DNA of 32,000 nucleotides from Candidatus Saccharimonadota bacterium (GTDB lineage Bacteria; Pseudomonadota; Gammaproteobacteria; Burkholderiales; Burkholderiaceae): NCBI RefSeq assembly GCF_016593155.1, contig NZ_AP023215.1, positions 240,001 to 272,000 of the forward strand, read 5' to 3'. Shown piece by piece: positions 25,825 to 32,000 of this stretch (position 1 is its first letter; each line of letters starts with the position of its first letter). The notes under the pieces were generated by a model. It saw only the letters and a program-made list of their open reading frames with translations, ran no database searches and was not told where the DNA came from. The position numbers and the translations under genes were made by a program.

Positions 25825-27153
25825 ATGATAGATATAAAATTACTTCGTAAAAATATTAATACTATTGCCTCTATTTTATCAACTCGTAATTTTTTTTTAG
25901 ATATAAATGAATTTCATAAAATAGAATTAGAGCGTAAAAAAATTCAGTTATATACTGAAAATTTAAGAAATAAAAGAAAAAAAATATCTCAAAAAATAGG
26001 TCAAATTAAAAATACTATAAATAAAGATCTTATTACCTCCATGACAGAGGAAGTTATTAAAATTGGAAATGATTTAAAAGTTTCATCTGAAAAATTAAAA
26101 AAAATACAATTAAAACTTAATCAGTTTATATTATCGATACCTAATTTACCGCATAAAACAATTCCAATAGGCCTTAAGGAATCTGATAATCTGGAATTGC
26201 GTCAAATTTCTAACCCACCTATTTTTAATTTTTTAGCTAAAGATCATGTTGATTTAGGAATGAAATTAGGTTTAGATTTTGATTCTGCCATTCAAATGAC
26301 TAGTTCTCGTTTTTCTGTTCTTAAGGGGGGTATTGCTAGTTTACATCGAGCATTAACACAATTTATGTTAAATACTCATATTAGTGATCATGGATATACT
26401 GAGTGTTATATTCCATATATTGTTAATGAAAATTCTTTATATGGAACGGGTCAATTGCCAAAATTTGAAGATGATTTATTTATTGTAAAAAGAGGCGGAA
26501 ATGAAAATAAAGTTGATGAAAAGTTATTATATTTAATTCCAACAGCTGAAGTACCATTATTAAATTTATTTCGTAATCAAATTATTTGTTTTGATACGTT
26601 ACCCATTAAATTAACCGCATATTCACCATGTTTTCGTTCTGAATCTAGAAGTTACGGGAGTGATACTAGGGGAATAATTCGACAGCATCAATTTGATAAA
26701 GTAGAAATAGTACAAATTGTGAATCCCGATGATTCTTATCAAGTATTAGAGGAAATGTTAGGGCATATAGAAAATATTTTAAAAAAATTGGGTTTAGTAT
26801 ATAGAATTATTACACTTTGCACCGGGCAAATAGGATTTAGTTCTGCAAAAACTTATGATATTGAAGTATGGTTTCCAGGTCAAAATATATATCGTGAAAT
26901 TTCATCAATTTCAAATTGTGAAGATTTTCAAGCGAGACGTTTAAAAAGTCGTTTTAGAAAAAATAGAGAAAAAACACAAGAAATGGTTCATACATTAAAT
27001 GGGTCAGGATTAGCTGTTGGAAGAACTTTAGCGGCCTTATTAGAAAATTTTCAAAGAAAAGATGGTAATATTGATATACCATCAGTGTTACATCCTTATA
27101 TGAACGGGGTTACTAGTTTAAAAAAAATAACTAATAAAAATAATATATTTTAA
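25825..27153 (+). CDS. serS: Seryl-tRNA synthetase
   Basis: The 442-aa product begins MIDIKLLRKN. It has a coiled-coil N-terminal arm followed by class II motifs: LIPTAEVPL, FRSESRSYGSDTRGIIRQHQFDKVE and TLNGSGLAVGRTLAALLENFQ. Confidence 0.97.
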   Translation: MIDIKLLRKNINTIASILSTRNFFLDINEFHKIELERKKIQLYTENLRNKRKKISQKIGQIKNTINKDLITSMTEEVIKIGNDLKVSSEKLKKIQLKLNQFILSIPNLPHKTIPIGLKESDNLELRQISNPPIFNFLAKDHVDLGMKLGLDFDSAIQMTSSRFSVLKGGIASLHRALTQFMLNTHISDHGYTECYIPYIVNENSLYGTGQLPKFEDDLFIVKRGGNENKVDEKLLYLIPTAEVPLLNLFRNQIICFDTLPIKLTAYSPCFRSESRSYGSDTRGIIRQHQFDKVEIVQIVNPDDSYQVLEEMLGHIENILKKLGLVYRIITLCTGQIGFSSAKTYDIEVWFPGQNIYREISSISNCEDFQARRLKSRFRKNREKTQEMVHTLNGSGLAVGRTLAALLENFQRKDGNIDIPSVLHPYMNGVTSLKKITNKNNIF

Positions 27154-27162
27154 ATAATATTT

Positions 27163-27804
27163 TTATAAATTTTTTAATAAACAAAAATCATTCCATAATT
27201 TATATTTTTTATATGGATTATTTAATAAATATGAAATTTCATGAGTAATTAATATTAATATATTTTTAATATGGTACAAATCCCCTGGATAAGCATTTAA
27301 AATAGTATTTTTTTTATTTTTTATTTTTATAATTTGTTTATTTTTATTTTCTATTATTTTTTCGAAAATTTTTATATTAATTAATTGTAATTCAATTTCT
27401 TTTCCCATAAAGATTAAAATAGAAGGATGGTAATGAGTTATATATTTGTTTAATTCTATAAGATTAAATTTTAATGTAATTTTCTTTCTTATATTAAATG
27501 CATGTAAAATATTATTAAATAATTCTTCTTCTTCCTTGATATGAAAATCATGCATTATAAATAAATAACGAGTTATGTTAATTTTATTAATATCTTTACA
27601 TAAAATTAGAAGAATTTTATTTGTAAATATTTTATATTTTTTTTTATCAAAACAATTATTTGATTTAAATGATATTAAATTTATTATTTTTTTATTATTA
27701 TTATTAGATAATTTATTACGCTCTATCCATATTGGATTAATACCAATTTCATTAAGTATAGTCATATAAATTATTAATTTTTTACTAATTTTATGTATAT
27801 TCAT
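27163..27804 (-). CDS. Hypothetical protein resembling a family-4 uracil-DNA-glycosylase-like / DNA pol III psi (HolD)-like protein. Catalytic motifs are degenerate.
   Basis: The 213-aa ORF has the only clear Shine-Dalgarno sequence in the window (AAGGAG-N8-ATG). LNEIGINPIWIERN resembles the LGIxxW N-terminal motif. KILLILCKDIN sits where GEAPG would be. ITHEISYLLNNPYKKYKLWNDFCLL resembles the C-terminal HPSxLLRxPxxKxxxWxDL motif. It lies next to tsaB, as UDG-like or holD genes do next to tsaB/rimI in other proteobacteria. The similarity was judged from memory only. Confidence 0.55.
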   Translation of the reverse strand: MNIHKISKKLIIYMTILNEIGINPIWIERNKLSNNNNKKIINLISFKSNNCFDKKKYKIFTNKILLILCKDINKINITRYLFIMHDFHIKEEEELFNNILHAFNIRKKITLKFNLIELNKYITHYHPSILIFMGKEIELQLINIKIFEKIIENKNKQIIKIKNKKNTILNAYPGDLYHIKNILILITHEISYLLNNPYKKYKLWNDFCLLKNL

Positions 27805-27812
27805 AGTTGTAA

Positions 27813-27818
27813 CTCCTT
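27813..27818 (-). promoter_or_regulatory. Shine-Dalgarno sequence (AAGGAG on the minus strand), 8 nt upstream of the ATG at 27804
   Basis: The plus strand reads ctcctt at 27813-27818. The minus strand reads taAGGAGttacaactATG. Confidence 0.55.
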
Positions 27819-27832
27819 AGAGGATTTAATAT

Positions 27833-28549
27833 TTAATTTTTTATAATAATACGATCAGAAATAGTTGTTGCAATTTTATTTCGAAGATAAAGTGGTTTAA
27901 CTTTATCTGATGAGATTAATTTATTTTTAATTGCACTATAATAACCTAATTTTGCAATTTGACGCGCAGATGGAATAATTAATTTTTGAATATTATTAGC
28001 AGTTAATATGCATTTATTAAACAATATAGAATTATAAAATTTATTTTTATATATTTTTAATCCATTTCCACATAAAATTGGATTTCCTATTGGGGTAATG
28101 TATTCAATTGAGGATAAAGTAGGTTTAGTAATGATATTCCATCCTATATCTGAATTTATATAATTATATTGCGCCCAATATACTTCCCCCATATGAGCAT
28201 CTAATATAGTTAAAACATCTTTTATATTAAAATATTCATAACAAGCTTGCGCCATTGCTTCTAATGTAATAATAGGGGCCACTAATAATTTTGCTCCGAA
28301 TGACAATCCTTGTGTTATACCGCACGCAATTCGCGTGCCAGTGAAGGACCCTGGGCCAATTCCACATGCAATAAAATTGCATTGTTTTAGTTCAATTTGA
28401 GCATGTTTTAATATCATTTGTATCATTGGTAAGATATATTGTGAATGTTTATTTTTATTATAAGATTCATAACTAAATAAATTACACTTATTTAGTAGCG
28501 CTACACTTGAAATTTCAGTGGATGTTTCTATAGCAAGAATTGTGAACAT
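27833..28549 (-). CDS. tsaB: tRNA N6-threonylcarbamoyladenosine (t6A) biosynthesis protein TsaB (YeaZ)
   Basis: The 238-aa product contains ILAIETSTEISSVALL, GIGPGSFTGTRIACGITQGLSFG, LDAHMGEVYWAQY and PLYLRN. It is collinear with E. coli YeaZ as I recall it. Confidence 0.9.
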   Translation of the reverse strand: MFTILAIETSTEISSVALLNKCNLFSYESYNKNKHSQYILPMIQMILKHAQIELKQCNFIACGIGPGSFTGTRIACGITQGLSFGAKLLVAPIITLEAMAQACYEYFNIKDVLTILDAHMGEVYWAQYNYINSDIGWNIITKPTLSSIEYITPIGNPILCGNGLKIYKNKFYNSILFNKCILTANNIQKLIIPSARQIAKLGYYSAIKNKLISSDKVKPLYLRNKIATTISDRIIIKN

Positions 28550-28590
28550 TTTGAAATTTAATTTTTAAAATTTATAAAATATAAATATTT

Positions 28591-29016
28591 ATGAACTTTT
28601 TAAAGCTCAATAAGAATAATAAAAATAATTTAAAATTAGCTATTTTACAAAAAAAATGGATTATAGCTTGTTTATGTGCAAGATGGTGTGATATTTGTCG
28701 TAAATATGAAATGAATTTTTTTAAATTATCACAGCGTTATTTGCAATATTATTTTGTTTGGATTGATATTGAAGATCAATATAATATTATTGGTGATTTT
28801 GATATTAATAATTTCCCTACTTTACTTATTCAATACGGTAATAAAGTATTTTTTTTTGGAGAAATAAACCCTAAAATTTCTTTAACAGAATTTATATTTA
28901 ATAATATATGTAAAAAAAATAAAGAATTAAATTCTAATTTTTTATTAGAAAAAGAAAATAAATTTTGGCAAAAAAATATTGAATTAAGTTTTAGGTTAAA
29001 TAAAAATTATTTATAA
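28591..29016 (+). CDS. Thioredoxin-fold family protein (CxxC motif WCDIC)
   Basis: The 141-aa product has CARWCDICRKY at the position of the thioredoxin WCGPC motif. It also has the cis-Pro region NFPTLLI. It is transcribed divergently from tsaB. Confidence 0.65.
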   Translation: MNFLKLNKNNKNNLKLAILQKKWIIACLCARWCDICRKYEMNFFKLSQRYLQYYFVWIDIEDQYNIIGDFDINNFPTLLIQYGNKVFFFGEINPKISLTEFIFNNICKKNKELNSNFLLEKENKFWQKNIELSFRLNKNYL

Positions 29017-29027
29017 AAAATAAATTA

Positions 29028-29049
29028 AAACTAATCTATAGATTAGTTT
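29028..29049 (+). terminator. Perfect 22-nt palindrome (aaactaatcta/tagattagttt), a possible weak intrinsic terminator after the thioredoxin-like gene
   Basis: The inverted repeat starts 12 nt after the stop codon and is followed by AT-rich sequence. The stem is almost entirely A/T, so the predicted stability is low. Confidence 0.3.
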
Positions 29050-29078
29050 ATAATAATATTATAAAAATAATTTAAAAT

Positions 29079-29167
29079 GGAGATGTGGCCGAGTGGCTAA
29101 AGGCACTTCCCTGCTAAGGAAGCATACGGGTTTACTTGTATCGTGGGTTCAAATCCCACCATCTCCA
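29079..29167 (+). tRNA. tRNA-Ser (anticodon GCU)
   Basis: The acceptor stem is GGAGATG/CATCTCC, and the discriminator base is A. The D-loop contains GCCGAGTGGCTAAAGGC. The anticodon stem is CTTCC/GGAAG with loop CTGCTAA, placing the anticodon gct at 29113-29115. A long variable arm is present. The T-arm is GTGGG-TTCAAAT-CCCAC. No CCA is encoded. Confidence 0.95.
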
Positions 29168-29218
29168 ATAAAATTTATAAAATATATATTTTTAAATTTA
29201 AATATTTTTAATAATGTA

Positions 29219-31063
29219 TTAAATAAATTTATTACGTAATGTTTTTTTTCGTTCATTTTCTTTTAAAAAACGTTTTCTTAAGCGAATATTTTTTGGTGTT
29301 ATTTCTACAAGTTCATCATCATTAATAAATTCAATTGCATATTCTAGTGTGATTTTAATAGGCGATATAAGATGTATAGCTTCATCACTTCCGGAAGAAC
29401 GAATATTTGTTAGTTGTTTTTCTTTGATTGGATTTACAAGTAAATCATTATCTCGTGAATGAATACCAATAATCATTCCCTCATAGACTAAATCGTTATG
29501 ATTAATAAATAAACGACCGCGATCTTGTAATTTCCATAAAGAATATGCAACTGCTTTACCAGAATATTGAGAAATTAATACACCATTTCTGCGTTTTCCT
29601 AAATCGTGTTTTGATTTATTATAAAATGGCGCGTATTTTTCAAATACATGACTTATTAATCCAGTACCACGTGTTAATGTTATAAATTCATTTTGAAATC
29701 CAATTAATCCTCTAGATGGAATGCGATATTCTAAACGTACTCTTCCTTTTTCATTAATTTCCATATTTTTTAAATTCCCACAACGGTAACTAAGTTTTTG
29801 CATAATACTACCTTGATTAATTTCTTCAATATCAACAATAAGATTTTCGTATGGTTCACAGTATTCACCATTTAGTGTTTTAAAAATAACACGGGGACGA
29901 GATACCGATAATTCATAACCTTCACGACGCATATTTTCTATTAAAATAGTTAAGTGTAATTCTCCTCTTCCAGATACTTCATAAATTGAATCATCATATT
30001 TATTTTGAACTATACGAAGTCCTATATTATTCTTAATTTCGTGATCAAGACGATTTTTAATTTGACGTGTTGTGATAAATTTTCCTTCATTTCCTGCTAA
30101 AGGAGAGTCATTGACCATAAAATTTATTGTTAAAGTAGGTTCATCTATATGTAGCATGGGTAAACCATTTGGTTTATTTGGATCGCAAATAGTAGAACCA
30201 ATATAAATCTCTTCAATTCCATTAATTAGAACAATATCTCCAGATAATGCTTCATTTACTAATATGCGATCTAAACCTTTAAAGATTCGAATTTGATTTA
30301 CTTTAGCTTTATTTGGTTTATCCTCCGGCCCGTTCATAATAACTACATTTTGTAGAGACTTAATTCGTCCACTTAAAATCCTTCCAATTCCTATTTTTCC
30401 TAAATACGAAGAATGCTCTAATGATATTATTTGTAATTTTAGTGGATCATTAGAATTATCTTTGTACACAGGTACATATTTTAATATAGCCTCAAATAAT
30501 GGAATCATATTACCTTGACGAACTTTTGAATTTTCATTGGCGTAACCATGTAATGCTGAAGTATAAATTATTGGAAAATCTAATTGTTCTTCAGTTGCAC
30601 AAAGTTTATCAAATAAATCAAAAGTTTCATTAACCGCCCATTCTGGACGGGCACTAGAGCGATCAATTTTATTAATAACAACAATTGGTTTAAAACCTAA
30701 TTTTAAAGCTTTACGTGTTACAAATCGTGTTTGAGGCATAGGTCCTTCTACTGCATCAATAAGAAGTAAAACATTGTCTACCATTGATAAAATACGCTCA
30801 ACTTCTCCTCCAAAATCAGAATGACCAGGAGTATCAACAATATTAATGCGCGTACCTTTATATTCAATAGAACAATTTTTAGAAAAAATTGTAATACCTC
30901 GTTCTTTTTCAATTTCATTTGAGTCCATTATACGCGTATTAACATTTTGATTTTTACGAAATGTTCCTGATTGACGTAATAGATGATCAATAAGAGTAGT
31001 TTTACCATGATCAACATGAGCAATAATTGCTATATTTCTAAAAGATCGTTTTGTTTTTAACAT
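29219..31063 (-). CDS. typA: Translational GTPase TypA/BipA
   Basis: The 614-aa product contains NIAIIAHVDHGKTTLIDHLLRQSGTF, DSNEIEKERGITI, NIVDTPGHSDFGGEVER and VVINKIDR. It is collinear with E. coli BipA. Confidence 0.97.
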   Translation of the reverse strand: MLKTKRSFRNIAIIAHVDHGKTTLIDHLLRQSGTFRKNQNVNTRIMDSNEIEKERGITIFSKNCSIEYKGTRINIVDTPGHSDFGGEVERILSMVDNVLLLIDAVEGPMPQTRFVTRKALKLGFKPIVVINKIDRSSARPEWAVNETFDLFDKLCATEEQLDFPIIYTSALHGYANENSKVRQGNMIPLFEAILKYVPVYKDNSNDPLKLQIISLEHSSYLGKIGIGRILSGRIKSLQNVVIMNGPEDKPNKAKVNQIRIFKGLDRILVNEALSGDIVLINGIEEIYIGSTICDPNKPNGLPMLHIDEPTLTINFMVNDSPLAGNEGKFITTRQIKNRLDHEIKNNIGLRIVQNKYDDSIYEVSGRGELHLTILIENMRREGYELSVSRPRVIFKTLNGEYCEPYENLIVDIEEINQGSIMQKLSYRCGNLKNMEINEKGRVRLEYRIPSRGLIGFQNEFITLTRGTGLISHVFEKYAPFYNKSKHDLGKRRNGVLISQYSGKAVAYSLWKLQDRGRLFINHNDLVYEGMIIGIHSRDNDLLVNPIKEKQLTNIRSSGSDEAIHLISPIKITLEYAIEFINDDELVEITPKNIRLRKRFLKENERKKTLRNKFI

Positions 31064-31130
31064 AAAATTTATAAAATTAATATTAATTTAATATACTAAA
31101 ATTAGTTAATATTTATATAAAATATAATTA

Positions 31131-32000
31131 TTAAAATAATGAAATTAGACGCACTGGAGTTAATAAAAAAAAATTATTTATAAAACCAATTCCAAGGAAT
31201 TGATAATTTTTTTTATTATAAACACGAACTTTATTATTTAATTTAAAACCTGAATCATTTAATTTAAAATCTTTAGATAAAAGTAAATTTTGTCCATGTA
31301 AAAAACGTTTAGATAATAAATTTGATAAATAAATAATTCTAAATGATGATAGTAAAATATCTATTGGAATTAATGATGAAATACGCTCATATTCTGAGTA
31401 TTTAATAAATGCATCAATATTTAAACATTTATCTAATGTTAATTTATCAATTCCAATTCGACGTAAAGATTTTAAATGCGCGCCACATCCTAACATTTTT
31501 CCTATATCTTCACTAAGTACCCGTATATATGTTCCTTTGCTACAATGTATACGCAGAGTTAAATATGGGATAGTGTAATTGATTATTGTAATTTTATATA
31601 TTTCGATATATCTTAATTTTCTTTTTAAGGTTATACCAGATCGAGCATATTTATATAGGGGTATTCCTTTATATTTTAATGCAGAATACATCGGCGGAAT
31701 TTGAGAAATTTTTCCATGAAAATTTATTAAAATTTTTTTAATAATTTCTATTGAATTTGGGGTATTTTTATTAAAATCAATAACTGTACCTTCAATATCT
31801 CCTGTTTCAGTAGTAATTCCTAAATGCATAATAGCTTCATAATATTTATCGGCTTCAGATAAATAATTAGAAAATTTAGTTGCCTCCCCAAAACATAGAG
31901 GCAGTAAACCTGTCGCAAATGGATCTAATGTACCAGTATAACCAACTTTTTTAGCGTTTAATAAATATTTTATTTTCTTTAATGCATTATTACTAGATAA
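31131..32000 (-). CDS. truB: tRNA pseudouridine(55) synthase TruB (5' partial, continues past the window end)
   Basis: The listed ORF starts at an internal Met (31829). The same minus-strand frame stays open to nt 32000, and my translation of it is LSSNNALKKIKYLLNAKKVGYTGTLDPFATGLLPLCFGEATKFSNYL. This contains the catalytic-Asp motif GTLDPxAxG. Confidence 0.93.
   Translation of the reverse strand, partial: LSSNNALKKIKYLLNAKKVGYTGTLDPFATGLLPLCFGEATKFSNYLSEADKYYEAIMHLGITTETGDIEGTVIDFNKNTPNSIEIIKKILINFHGKISQIPPMYSALKYKGIPLYKYARSGITLKRKLRYIEIYKITIINYTIPYLTLRIHCSKGTYIRVLSEDIGKMLGCGAHLKSLRRIGIDKLTLDKCLNIDAFIKYSEYERISSLIPIDILLSSFRIIYLSNLLSKRFLHGQNLLLSKDFKLNDSGFKLNNKVRVYNKKNYQFLGIGFINNFFLLTPVRLISLF

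Noticed and set aside
27575-27769. A 64-aa + strand ORF overlapping the 213-aa minus-strand ORF
   Set aside because: It is embedded antisense within the better-supported ORF. Its sequence is an Ile/Leu/Phe-rich artefact of poly-A/T DNA, and it has no start context.
28550-28590. Divergent promoters in the 41-bp tsaB/thioredoxin-like spacer (TATAAAAT-like hexamers)
   Set aside because: In DNA this AT-rich, -10-like hexamers occur everywhere. No distinctive -35/-10 pair with proper spacing could be singled out.
25825-29167. The proximity of serS and tRNA-Ser(GCU) as a functional or regulatory unit (for example T-box-like control)
   Set aside because: Three genes in mixed orientation separate them. 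The 44-bp serS leader is too short for a riboswitch or T-box. The proximity is most likely a coincidence of genome compaction.
31827-31829. The Met at 31829 as the truB start (as in the ORF track)
   Set aside because: The catalytic GTLDPFATG motif is encoded upstream of it, in the same frame, between 31830 and 32000. The gene therefore extends beyond the window.

Overview
This window is extremely AT-rich bacterial DNA with tightly packed genes, which fits a reduced-genome symbiont. About 80% of it (nt 2-25780, + strand) is one uninterrupted ORF. That ORF runs off the 5' edge of the window and encodes more than 8,590 aa of a hybrid NRPS / trans-AT polyketide synthase. Reading the motifs by eye gives this domain order: [C]-A(Gly-like code)-PCP | KS1-KR1-ACP | KS2-KR2-cMT-ACPx7 | KS3-DH-PS(pyran-synthase-like)-KR3-ACPx2 | KS4-KR4-ACP | KS5-degenerate DH-like end. 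I found no AT, TE or ER domain. The order Gly-NRPS module, then KR module, then KR+MT module, then DH-PS-KR module is what I remember for pederin-family assembly lines (PedF-type, and the diaphorin synthase of psyllid symbionts). That comparison is from memory, not from a search. The most striking feature is a tandem array of seven copies of a 432-bp unit (nt 10704-13723). By eye the copies are nucleotide-identical, and each encodes a complete ACP. A second array, a 2x285-bp ACP doublet, differs at 5 positions. A third is a 3x39-bp repeat in a linker. Ordinary housekeeping genes follow the megasynthase directly: serS, a degenerate UDG/HolD-like ORF, tsaB, a thioredoxin-like ORF, tRNA-Ser(GCU), typA/bipA and a 5'-partial truB. 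I saw no mobile elements, CRISPR arrays or rRNA. Domain boundaries are approximate (about +/-60 nt). Catalytic-residue codons were located and frame-checked by hand.
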